DNA of 64,000 nt, taken from Eledone cirrhosa. Taxonomy: Eukaryota. The position numbers and the translations under genes were made by a program. The notes below the pieces were generated by a model. It saw only the letters and a list, made by a program, of their open reading frames with translations. It ran no database searches and was not told the DNA's origin. Where the stretch lies: positions 17,484,001 through 17,548,000 of the forward strand of contig OZ024754.1 of assembly GCA_964016885.1 (NCBI GenBank), written 5' to 3'. Positions 44,474-56,777 of the stretch are shown here, in pieces (position 1 is the stretch's first letter; the number at the start of each line of letters is the position of its first letter).

Positions 44474-44740
44474 TGTAATAAACAACATAAGGCAATTATT
44501 CCATTTACCAGTGGTTTCTTAAAAGCAAAGAATTTTGCTTTCAATCCTCAGAATGAAAAAATCCTGGTCTGTTTATTGAATTTGGATTTTAAAAACAAAA
44601 AGATTTTTGTTTTAAAATCCAAATTCAATAAACAAACCAGGATTTTTTCATTCTGAGGATTGAAAGCAAAATATTTTGCTTTTAAGAAACCACTGGTAAA
44701 TGGAATAATTGCCTTATGTTGTTTATTACATAACTATTAA
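44470..44740. repeat. fold-back palindrome in (TA)n
   Basis: About 130-bp arms centred near 44600; its tail matches 17333-17445 in reverse. Confidence 0.8.
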
Positions 44741-44801
44741 GCTCTGTTACCTACATAGAGCACTCTTTTTTCCTGGACTTTTCCCACGGAATTACTTCAT
44801 T

Positions 44802-44865
<64 letters not shown>

Positions 44866-45097
44866 AAAGTACAGCATATTCGAAGTTCGAGTAGCAGCTA
44901 AGCCAACGAATGCCTTCAGCAGTGCAGCCAAGTACTCGACAAGGTATAGACCTCAGAGTAATAACATACAGTTTAAACGGCTTTGCAAATTGAAAATACC
45001 GACCGCTAATTCAGCTGCGTGATCTGTAGCAACGAAAGAACTGACTAGTGAGAAAAAATACACACACACACACATACATACACACACATATATGTAT

Positions 45098-45136
<39 letters not shown>

Positions 45137-45656
45137 TACATACGTATATGCACACATCTGTATATATAACATACCTGGACCGTAACTTCGAAACTATTGA
45201 ATATCCAAGTGAGGTTTCTGTAAATCCGAAATCAACAAAATCCGCTGGTGGTGTATACAAGTTAGGTTTCTGGAAGATCGAACAGGGGACTTACTTTCTC
45301 AACAGGCTTTCGTTCTAACCCAAATCCCGGTGTGAAGCACATGTTACTCCAAAGGGAGGTAACCCAGGTTTATGGCGTTCAAATTCAAATTATGAGCAAT
45401 GGAAAAAATTCCATACACTAACTGAATTAAGCACTCAACCAGACCGTTATTAAACAAACTTAAATAATTAACCAATCAATGGAATTGTCAAATTAAATTA
45501 ATCAATTAATCATTAGGTCTAGGAGATAGTAATACAATATATATACATATATGAATTCCCTTTTCTATCAACCAATGACCTACACCCATCCCACTCGCCA
45601 CCCTATCCTACCATCTGAAGAGACCTATAATTACCATATTTATTTTTTGATACCCA

Positions 45657-45867
45657 GATTCCTGATGATTTCTAAAGAATGAAACAGTTCTAGTCCTGTA
45701 GAATCTCATCTATATTAAAACTTTTATACTCTGCAATGTATTGAGTACCTTACTTACTGTGGTTACCTCCGATTCAACCCGGAATAACGTATATATATAT
45801 ATATATATACGTTATCAGCTTCCTGAAGATTTCATCTGAATGAAACAGTACTAGTCCTGTAGAAGCT
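45657..45867 (+). ncRNA. two tandem type I hammerhead ribozymes
   Basis: 45657-45705: gattc-CTGATGA-tTTC(taaa)GAAt-GAAACAG..CTGTA-gaatc. 45817-45867: agcttc-CTGAAGA-tTTC(atct)GAAt-GAAACAG..CTGTA-gaagct. Confidence 0.8.
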
Positions 45868-45957
45868 CCTTCTATAAAATTTTTAAAAAAAATTTAGTCT
45901 GCCATGTATTGAGTACCTTACTTACTGTGGTTATCCCCGACTCAACCCGGGACCTAC

Positions 45958-46038
<81 letters not shown>

Positions 46039-46077
46039 CACACATATATATATATAATATATATACATACATTTATA

Positions 46078-46115
<38 letters not shown>

Positions 46116-46140
46116 CATACATATATATATACATACATAA

Positions 46141-46171
<31 letters not shown>

Positions 46172-46181
46172 TATATACACG

Positions 46182-46289
<108 letters not shown>

Positions 46290-46309
46290 CACATATATAT
46301 ATATATATG

Positions 46310-47761
46310 CCAATATGGCAGGTAAACATCTTGGTTGTCAAGCAGAAATAAAGAACATTCAGCCTCTGACCCATTACGTGCACTGCGGCGCTCATATTTC
46401 TCAACTTATTATAACCAAGTCCGTTCAACAAGCTTCATTTATCAAAAATGTTCTAGATAACGTGAATGAATTGCGGAAACTATATAGTACATCAAGGAAA
46501 CTTAAGCACGCGTATTTATCACAACATGATGAAGAAAATGAAGTATCGTCACCACGCTCCTTAAAACCTGTGTGCCCTACTCGATGGCTAACATGACTTT
46601 CTGCAGTCAAAGCCCTTCTTGACAATTATTCAGATGTCCCTATTTATTTACAAGAGGCAACAAATGAGTTTGGCACCAACATTGCATCCAGAGCTAATGT
46701 TATTCTTACGTGTCACTCTCCGGGCCAATGTGTCCTTGGATTGCACGTTGTAGTTCCATTACTTCAATTCCTTGAAGGATTGAACAAATCTTTTCAAAGT
46801 ACCACCTTCAATCTAGGTAGCATGTTGCATAGTGTCAAACTGGTGCAGGAGGAGCTAAAAAATTTACGCAGTGAAGAAAAATTTCAGGAGCTGTTCAATA
46901 CAGCAGAAAAATGATTTATCAACTCGATATTTCTCCTTTGGAGCTACCCAGGCAATGAAAAGTTCCTAAAAGATACCAGGAAGGAAATGCGTTAAAATAT
47001 CAACACTGTACTGTTTTGGATCATTACAGAGTACAGTATTTGCAGGTAGTGGATACTGCAATATCAAATTTGAAAGATTATTTCTTTTCACAGGATTTAG
47101 CAGATTATGAAAAACAGCAATATTTTACTCAATGGAAATTTTTGTGCTGAAGTGATCATGCAGTATCCATGAATTTTATTTAAGGAACGAAATATTTTTT
47201 TTTATAGAAATCATCACAGTGGATCATCTCTCGAGGATCATTGTAAAATATTGACTGAAATGCAACCAGAAGTCCGTCGCATGTTTCCAAATGTTGAGCG
47301 ATTGCTCAGGCTACTTTTAGTGTTTCCAACCAGTTCTTGTGAAACTGAAAGATCTTTTAGCGCTCTGCAGAGACTCAAAACTTGTCTGCGATCGACCATG
47401 ACTCAGCAAAGGTTGAATCATATTCTAATATGCCACGTTCATAGAGATGATTTGAAAAAGATTAGTTGTGAAGAAGTTGTTAAATTATTTATTGACAGCA
47501 ACGATGCGAGATATGATACATTTGGAAACCTCTAAAAGACAATAAATTTACTTTATATTTATTTATTCTAACGTCTTTGTTTTATTTTTTGTTTATTTAA
47601 TATAATAAATTCTTTTTAAGCTTATTTTTTTATATCTGAACTTCATTTGAATATATATTTACTTGTGGTAGGGTCTTGGAAAGGCACCATAAGCAATACT
47701 AACATGCTCCAACAAATGTTGGTTTGTCCCCCTCACATTTTTAAGGCAAACGAGGCCCCTG
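46310..47761 (+). mobile_element. hAT transposase pseudogene (3' half)
   Basis: YVHCGAH..; LKPVCPTRW; C-terminal dimerisation domain FPNVERLLRLLLVFPTSSCETERSFSALQRLKTCLRSTMTQQRLNH; several stops; probable end ..GCCCCTG. Confidence 0.85.
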
Positions 47762-49378
47762 CACAAATCTAACCCCTTTCGCACACAAAAGCCCGTTCTA
47801 ACGGTGATATTTAATTACGAGGCGCCTGTTATTTCTCTTCCAGCTTAGAGTTACGTCCCTTTACGGTCTGAGTTCAAATCCCGCCTATGTTAACTTTGCC
47901 TTTCGTCCTTACGGGGTCGATAAAATGAAGTACCAGTAATGCACTGGAATAATTGCTGGCCTTGTGCCAAAAGTAGAAACAATTATTAGTGTCGTACAAA
48001 TACTCAATAATTTTTTTTTTTTTTTTTTTTTTCTTTCTTCTACTTTTGGCACAAGGCCAAATACAAACACTCAATAATGTGATAAATAGCTTTGAAACAA
48101 CGTGAAAATTGATACGTTATCAAGTTTGCTGATCAGGCAGGATTACGATTTCAACGAATGCCATAAAAATGATATATCTGCATTCGAAATACATCAAATT
48201 ATTGACGTAAATATCAACGGAATATTGATTGACTCTAAAGAAATTGAATCAGCCATGAAGTCTAATATCAATATCATTCGAATTACACGGTCGGCTGATA
48301 ATGATTGGCTAGAAAAACTAAATATTGAAGATGAACATCTCAAAGAACATTGTACAAAGCATGATGCAATTAATTTTCAATGAAAATCATTACACTTGTA
48401 GGACTATTTTCCTAGAGTTATTGTTGAGAAAATATAAAATATTCTGCTTCAACAGTCTGATGGACGTTAGGGCATCGCTTGAATAAAACAAACCAGTTGT
48501 CGATATTATTACTAGGAGCGGTAAATTGGCAGAATCGATAGAGCGTTGGACACCATGCTGTGCAGCATAGAGTTATAGCCCTTTACATTCTGAGTTCAAA
48601 TCACACCGAGGTTAACTTTGCCTTTCGTCCTTATGGGGTCGATAAAATAAAGCACCAGTAATGCACTGGGGTAATTACTGGCCTTGTGCTAAAAGTAGCT
48701 GAAAATATAATCCGATATACATACAATAATATTATGTCCAATATATATATATTATGTCCAGTATTAGGAGAGCGGCGAATAAAATGAAATTGTGCTATTT
48801 GTTCTGGCTCTTTATATTTTGAATTTAAATCCCGCTGTGATCAATAAAATAAAGTATCAGTCAGTTACTGATGTTGATTTTTGCCCTTCCCCCAAATGTG
48901 TTGGTCGTGTGTCTAGATTATAAATCAATATTGTGTCCAGTATGAGGGAGAATTGGCAGAACTGGTAGAGCGTCGGTTAAAATGTCATTCCGGTGTTCTG
49001 GATCTTACCAAAGTCAACTTTACCTTTCATCCTTCCTGGGTTGATAAAATAAAATACCAGTTAAGTACTAGGGTTGATAAAATAAAGTACCAGTCATGTA
49101 CTGGGCTTGATTTAATAAAGTACCAGTCAAGTACTGGGGTTGATTTTACTCAGCATTGGACGGGAAATCACCGACAGAAATACTGTAGAGCTGACAGCCA
49201 CAAATTATTATTATTATAGCCACCAATCGTAATAATTGTTTCTACTTTTGGCACAAGGCCAGCAATTACCCCAGTGCATTACTGTTACTTTATTTTATCG
49301 ACCCCGTAAGGATGAAAGGAAAAGTTAACCTCGGCGGGATTTGAACTCAGATCGTAAAGGGCAATAACTATGCTACAA

Positions 49379-52300
49379 AGCATGGCGTCCGGCCCTCTAC
49401 CGATACTGCCAATCCACCACCCTAGCATGGCGTCCGGCCCTCTACCGATACTGCCAATCCACCACCCTAGCATGGCGTCCGACCCTCTACCGATACTGCC
49501 AATCCACCACCCTAGCATGGCGTCCGACCCTCTACCGATACTGCCAATCCACCACCCTAGCATGGCGTCCGACCCTCTACCGATACTGCCAATCCACCAC
49601 CCTAACATGGCGTCCAACCCTCTACCGATACTGCCAATCCACCATCCTAGCATGGCGTCCGACCCTCTACCGATACTGCCAATCCACCACCCTAGCATGG
49701 CATCCGACCCTCTACCGATACTGCCAATCCACCACCCTAACATGGCGTCCAACCCTCTACCGATACTGCTAATCCACCACCCTAACATGGCGTCCAACCC
49801 TCTACCGATACTGCCAATCCACCATCCTAGCATGGCGTCCGACCCTCTACCGATACTGCCAATCCACCATCCTAGCATGGCGTCCGACCCTCTACCGATA
49901 CTGCCAATCCACCACCCTAGCATGGCATCCGACCCTCTACCGATACTGCCAATCCACCACCCTAACATGGCGTCCAACCCTCTACCGATACTGCTAATCC
50001 ACCACCCTAACATGGCGTCCAACCCTCTACCGATACTGCTAATCCACCACCCTAGCATGGCGTCCGACCCTCTACCGATACTGCTAATCCACCACCCTAG
50101 CATGGTGTCCGACCCTCTACCGATACTGCCAATCCACCATCCTAGCATGGCGTCCAACCCTCTACCGATACTGCCAATCCACCATCCTAGCATGGTGTCC
50201 GACCCTCTACCGATACTGCTAATCCACCACCCTAGCATGGCATCCGACCCTCTACCGATACTGCCAATCCACCATCCTAACATGGCGTCCGACCCTCTAC
50301 CGATACTGCCAATCCACCATCCTAGCATGGCGTCCAACCCTCTACCGATACTGCCAATCCACCATCCTAGCATGGTGTCCGACCCTCTACCGATACTGCT
50401 AATCCACCACCCTAGCATGGCATCCGACCCTCTACCGATACTGCTAATCCACCACCCTAACATGGCGTCCGACCCTCTACCGATACTGCCAATCCACCAT
50501 CCTAACATGGCGTCCAACCCTCTACCGATACTGCTAATCCACCACCCTAACATGGCGTCCAACCCTCTACCGATACTGCTAATCCACCACCCTAACATGG
50601 CGTCCAACCCTCTACCGATACTGCAAATCCACCACCCTAGCATGGCGTCCGACCCTCTACCGATACTGCCAATCCACCATCCTAGCATGGCGTCCAACCC
50701 TCTACCGATACTGCCAATCCACCATCCTAGCATGGTGTCCGACCCTCTACCGATACTGCTAATCCACCACCCTAGCATGGCGTCCGACCCTCTACCGATA
50801 CTGCCAATCCACCATCCTAGCATGGCGTCCAACCCTCTACCGATACTGCCAATCCACCATCCTAGCATGGTGTCCGACCCTCTACCGATACTGCTAATCC
50901 ACCACCCTAGCATGGCGTCCGACCCTCTACCGATACTGCTAATCCACCACCCTAGCATGGCGTCCGACCCTCTACCGATACTGCCAATCCACCACCCTAG
51001 CATGGCGTCCGACCCTCTACCGATACTGCTAATCCACCATCCTAGCATGGCGTCCGACCCTCTACCGATACTGCAAATCCACCACCCTAGCATGGTGTCC
51101 GACCCTCTACCGATACTGCCAATCCACCACCCTAGCATGGCGTCCGACCCTCTACCGATACTGCAAATCCACCACCCTAGCATGGCGTCCGACCCTCTAC
51201 CGATACTGCAAATCCACCACCCTAGCATGGCGTCCGACCCTCTACCGATACTGCCAATCCACCACCCTAGCATGGCGTCCGACCCTCTACCGATACTGCA
51301 AATCCACCACCCTAGCATGGCGTCCGACCCTCTACCGATACTGCAAATCCACCACCCTAGCATGGTGTCCGACCCTCTACCGATACTGCCAATCCACCAC
51401 CCTAGCATGGCGTCCGACCCTCTACCGATACTGCCAATCCACCACCCTAGCATGGCGTCCGACCCTCTACCGATACTGCAAATCCACCACCCTAGCATGG
51501 CGTCCGACCCTCTACCGATACTGCAAATCCACCATCCTAGCATGGTGTCCGACCCTCTACCGATACTGCTAATCCACCACCCTAGCATGGCGTCCGACCC
51601 TCTACCGATACTGCAAATCCACCACCCTAGCATGGCGTCCGACCCTCTACCGATACTGCAAATCCACCACCCTAGCATGGTGTCCGACCCTCTACCGATA
51701 CTGCCAATCCACCACCCTAGCATGGCGTCCGACCCTCTACCGATACTGCCAATCCACCACCCTAGCATGGCGTCCGACCCTCTACCGATACTGCCAATCC
51801 ACCACCCTAGCATGGCGTCCGACCCTCTACCGATACTGCCAATCCACCACCCTAGCATGGCGTCCGACCCTCTACCGATACTGCAAATCCACCACCCTAG
51901 CATGGCGTCCGACCCTCTACCGATACTGCCAATCCACCACCCTAGCATGGCGTCCGACCCTCTACCGATACTGCAAATCCACCACCCTAGCATGGCGTCC
52001 AGCCCTCTACCGATACTGCAAATCCACCACCCTAGCATGGCGTCCGACCCTCTACCGATACTGCAAATCCACCACCCTAGCATGGCGTCCAGCCCTCTAC
52101 CGATACTGCAAATCCACCACCCTAGCATGGTGTCCGACCCTCTACCGATACTGCTAATCCACCACCCTAGCATGGTGTCCGACCCTCTACCGATACTGCT
52201 AATCCACCATCCTAGCATGGCGTCCGACCCTCTACCGATACTGCAAATCCACCACCCTAGCATGGCGTCCGACCCTCTACCGATACTGCAAATCCACCAC

Positions 52301-53023
52301 CCTAGCATGGTGTCCGACCCTCTACCGATACTGCAAATCCACCACCCTAGCATGGCGTCCGACCCTCTACCGATACTGCAAATCCACCACCCTAGCATGG
52401 CGTCCAGCCCTCTACCGATACTGCAAATCCACCACCCTAGCATGGTGTCCGACCCTCTACCGATACTGCTAATCCACCACCCTAGCATGGTGTCCGACCC
52501 TCTACCGATACTGCAAATCCACCACCCTAGCATGGCGTCCGACCCTCTACCGATACTGCAAATCCACCACCCTAGCATGGCGTCCAGCCCTCTACCGATA
52601 CTGCAAATCCACCACCCTAGCATGGTGTCCGACCCTCTACCGATACTGCTAATCCACCATCCTAGCATGGTGTCCGACCCTCTACCGATACTGCTAATCC
52701 ACCATCCTAGCATGGCGTCCGACCCTCTACCGATACTGCAAATCCACCACCCTAGCATGGCGTCCGACCCTCTACCGATACTGCCAATCCACCACCCTAG
52801 CATGGCGTCCGACCCTCTACCGATACTGCCAATCCACCATCCTAGCATGGCGTCCGACCCTCTACCGATACTGCTAATCCACCACCCTAGCATGGCGTCC
52901 GACCCTCTACCGATACTGCTAATCCACCACCCTAGCATGGCGTCCGACCCTCTACCGATACTGCAAATCCACCACCCTAGCATGGCGTCCAGCCCTCTAC
53001 CGATACTGCCAATCCACCACCCT
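49379..53023. repeat. 45-bp tandem array (~81 units) derived from the SINE 5' head
   Basis: Unit agcatggcgtccgaccctctaccgatactgccaatccaccaccct continues directly from the SINE at 49234-49378 and matches SINE heads at 26716-26756 and 62494-62535. Confidence 0.95.
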
Positions 53024-53789
53024 TCATAACCATTGTTTCTACTTTTGGCGCAAGGTCAGCAATTTGAAGGGAAAGGGAAAGTCAATTAAATTGACCGTAC
53101 TTTATTTTATCTACACATGAAAATATCCGATAACAAAAGAGAAAAACATTAAGAATTTAAAATAATATATAAAAAAGAGTAGAAGGAATGAAGCCTACGA
53201 TAGAAATTGCTAAAAATAGCAAACAAATCTATCTACATTTTTTTTATTTTGTCATGATAAAATAGTTTATTTTACATGGAAAATATGATGTCGGTCATCA
53301 ATTTCACAGTCAAAGGGAGATAAATATAAAACCATGTTAAGATTTCGTAAAACTTTTACCCTGCTTCTAGATATCAATACAAGTGCTAGAAACGACAGCC
53401 AAAAAAATAAAATGGAAAATGTTAAAAATAGCAACCGACTCACCTTTAAACTTTCATATGTATGTTAACATACATCTATATCTGTTTATGTAGTTACGTG
53501 TAGATGTGTGTGTATGTAACTAAAGTGTATGGACGACTAAATGATTTTAACTTGTTTTTTAACAATTAATGATGGAAAAGATTTCAAATTGTCTTAACAC
53601 CGACACTTTCTGCAGCCGCAACCTGGTGCAGTCTGCAACTAACCCAGGTTCTGCTGCAACTCAGTGTCTGACATTCTTACTGGCTACATATCCTCTTCCT
53701 TTTAATTCCTAGCAACATAAATGATATATTTTATCAAAATGAAATCAATTGATACATATTTGGAGAGATAACTTTGGACAGAATTTGTT

Positions 53790-53805
53790 GGCCCTGAAAA
53801 GGGCC
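53790..53805 (-). promoter_or_regulatory. histone 3' UTR stem-loop
   Basis: acaac-GGCCCTTTTCAGGGCC-aacaaa, 32 nt after the H2B stop. Confidence 0.95.
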
Positions 53806-53837
53806 GTTGTTGTAGCAGTATTACAAACAGTAGTTGT

Positions 53838-54212
53838 CTACTTGCTACTGGTATATTTAGTGACAGCCTTTGTACCTTCAGAGACAGCATGTTTAGCTAA
53901 TTCACTAGGGAGAAGAAGACGGACTGCAGTCTGGACTTCACGGCTACTAATGGTTGACCGTTTGTTGTAGTGAGCCAAACGACTAGATTCATTAGCTATT
54001 CTTTCAAACAGATCGTTAAGAAAACTGTTCATGATAGACATAGCTTTACTGGAAATACCAGTGTCGGGGTAGACTAGTTTCATTACGTTGTAAATATAGA
54101 TGGAGTAGCTTTCCTTTCTCTTCCTCTTCTTTTTCTTATCTCCAGTACGTGGAGGTTTAGCCTTAGCGGCCTTCTTAGCTCCTTTCGATGGTGCTGCTGG
54201 CGCAGGTGGCAT
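53838..54212 (-). CDS. H2B: histone H2B (replication-dependent type, divergent; possibly young pseudogene)
   Basis: 124 aa [55 protein letters not shown]; intronless; stem-loop present. Confidence 0.9.
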   Translation of the reverse strand: MPPAPAAPSKGAKKAAKAKPPRTGDKKKKRKRKESYSIYIYNVMKLVYPDTGISSKAMSIMNSFLNDLFERIANESSRLAHYNKRSTISSREVQTAVRLLLPSELAKHAVSEGTKAVTKYTSSK

Positions 54213-54289
54213 GATTGATTCTAAATCAAATAATTGCTGTACAGCTACACACAATTCTATTCATAGTTGACGTCAAGTCCCCCCAAAGC

Positions 54290-55060
54290 ACTTAGGATGC
54301 CATCCAGTGCAGCCTGGCCTCAGACAGGCTCACGCGCCAGCTCGACCAGAACCGCCTTGCCTGTTTTCGTGCGGCCTCCAAGCCCCATAGTGGTGCCTGG
54401 CTCCATGCCCTGCCCTCCTTCTCCACTGGCACGCAGCTAGACAACAATAGCCTGCGCATCGACGCTTCCTTGAGGCTCGACCTCCGGATCTGCCAGCCAC
54501 ACCAATGTCGTTGCGGATCCACCGTGGACTCTTTCGGCTTCCACCCGCTTTCCTGTCCCCACAGTGCCGGCCACCTTCCATGCCATGCTGCCCTCAACGA
54601 GGTCATAAAGCATGGTTTGGACGCTGCGGGCTTCTCTTCCCAGCTCGGGCTGGTGGGGCTGGACCGAGCGGACGGCAAAAGGCCAGATGGCATGACCATC
54701 TTCCCGTTCCGCGGTGGCAAACCCCTCGTCTGGGATGCTACTTACACCGACACTTTCTGCAGCCTCAACCTGGTGCAGTCTGCGACTGACCCAGGTTCTG
54801 CTGCACGTCGGGCTGAGGAGGCCAAACTCCTCAAATACCGGTCGCTCTCCGACAGGTTTGCGGTCGTACCCCTGGCAGTGGAGACTTCTGGTATCCTCGG
54901 CCCTATGGCTACCTCCCTACTCACCACCATAAGCGCTGAGCTGGCCAGCTGCAGGTGTGAGCCCCGCGAGTTGGAGTGGCTTTTCCAGTGCGTCTCCCTT
55001 GCCGTCCCCCGGGGAAACTCCTTCTCCATCCTGTCCGCCGAGGCTGTGGGGGAGCCCAAC
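54290..55060 (+). mobile_element. CRE-clade-like non-LTR retrotransposon 3' fragment (zinc knuckle + restriction-like endonuclease)
   Basis: SGAWLHALP..CRCGSTVDSFGFHPLSC..H..LNE; GKRPDGMT..LVWDATYTDT; PLAVETSG; GC-rich island. Confidence 0.8.
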
Positions 55061-55525
55061 GCTTATCATTCCATATTTAAGTATGTGCACTATCACTGGT
55101 ATTGTAACATTTACAATATTTCTATAGATGTTTCACCAACCTGGATGCAGCGTCATGTAGACACTTTGTCTTTATATTATTTTGTTGACAAGTCTGAGTT
55201 CTGAGTTCAAATCCCGCCAAGGTTGACTTTGCCTTTCATCCTTACGGGGTCGATAAAATAAAGTACCAGTAATGCACTGGGTAATTGCTGGCCTTGTGCC
55301 TAAAGTAGAAACAATTATTTTGTTGACAAGTCGGCTCACCAGAACAGTTTCTCAGCAACTTAAACCTTTCAAATTTCATTGGTAGAAATTGCTATAAAAG
55401 TAAACCACGTGACTTCACTATGCTATTTCCCGCTTCTTTAGCAGCTGCTGGCAGTTTTGGGCGCCTATAGCAGTTTATTATCCACATTCGCTATTCTCTT
55501 CGAATTGTTCATTTTATACAATCAG

Positions 55526-55697
55526 TAAAGGAGGTAAGAGTAAGGCGAAGGGAAAGAAGACTCGTTCGTCTCGTGCCGGACTGCAGTTCCCTGTTGGTCG
55601 TATCCTCATTTTCTCGGTAAAGGAAACAATACCCAACGTATTGGTGCTGGTGGCTCAGTCTACTTGGCCGCTGGAAATGTTAGCCACCCGTAACAAC
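55526..55697 (+). pseudogene. H2A: histone H2A remnant
   Basis: KGGKSKAKGKKTRSSRAGLQFPVGRI / frameshift / GKGNNTQRIGAGGSVYLAA / deletion / AGN..RNN; divergent from H2B. Confidence 0.85.
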
Positions 55698-56337
55698 TTA
55701 TAGTCGTCACCTTCGAAGATGTCGAGCAAAACGGAAGACTAAACTGTTAAAAGGTTGCTACATTAAATGTCTTTCGTGATCTCGGCAGTTGAAAAAAAAA
55801 AAGGAAGAGGCTATGTAACTTCCATGTCAGATACCATGAGTTAAAATCATTTAGTCGTCCAGCAAAAGATTATTAATGTTTAAGTATTGATTAAAAAAAA
55901 CATTATTTGCTTTAGGAAATATGTTATTGTTACTTATTTTATGTTAAATAAGGTGTTCTTTTTTTATTATTGCTAACAGCTTGTTTACTAAATATTTTCA
56001 ATTTCTTTGTAGTTGGCTAAACGTAAAATCAGATTTTCTTTTCAAGTGAATCTCACCCTCAAACCTATTTGATATTGTTTTCTTAGTTAATTGGGGAGGG
56101 ACATCCTCGTAGTTTTTCGGTTTCTTTAGGTATCATTTATTGTGGACGAATAAAATGATACCTTGAAAACTGTCAGAAATGATTAAACATTAAAGGGAAA
56201 CAACTTAACCATATTTTCAAGGAAGTTAAGTCATTGTTGTCCTTAACGAAATTAAAGTCTTGTAGACTGTCTTCTACCCATATTTGAGTTTTGCTGTTCT
56301 TAGGTTCTAATCGAAGAGATTTGATGATCATTCTAAC

Positions 56338-56396
56338 CGTGACCACCATGCCTAAAGGTATCCAACTCGCCCATCATATACGTAGTGAGAGCTTAA
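56338..56396 (+). pseudogene. H3: histone H3 C-terminal remnant
   Basis: VTTMPKGIQLAHHIRSE(-)A* versus canonical VTIMPKDIQLARRIRGERA*. Confidence 0.7.
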
Positions 56397-56777
56397 TTTG
56401 TATTTGATGATTAAAGTAAAATATGGCAATTAATTTAAATGAAATACGATGATAACGTAGTGGGAGATTAGATCGGAGGGAAAGAGATCTCAGTCGCTGT
56501 TAATGATGAAGTGTTTGTGGCGAGGGGTCCAGTAGATTGAGTGGAAATGGGGCACGTCTCACCGCTTGACGTGGTCAGGATATGATGAGAAATCGGTATC
56601 GCAAAGAACAGTATATAACTGAGTAGAGTGGTGGCATCGACAAACTGCCAGTATCCTCTGAAAGATGGGAGAGCAAACATCCATCCAAATTGGGGAAGAG
56701 GTGTTAAATCATCAGGTATTTGAAGCACATCTCAGTGGGAGAGGTACTTAATAACCAGTGTGCAATACCCAAATAAT

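Noticed and set aside
48102-48383. 93-aa ORF as host gene
   Set aside because: No ATG start, no motif or splice signals recognised; lies between SINEs.
49285-53029. 1219-aa and 1232-aa ORFs as real proteins
   Set aside because: The 45-bp unit is a multiple of 3 and is SINE-derived; open frames on both strands follow automatically, and there is no non-repetitive domain.
55700-55745. Histone H4 remnant
   Set aside because: Only faint similarity (VT..DV..GR) over a few codons; not distinguishable from chance.
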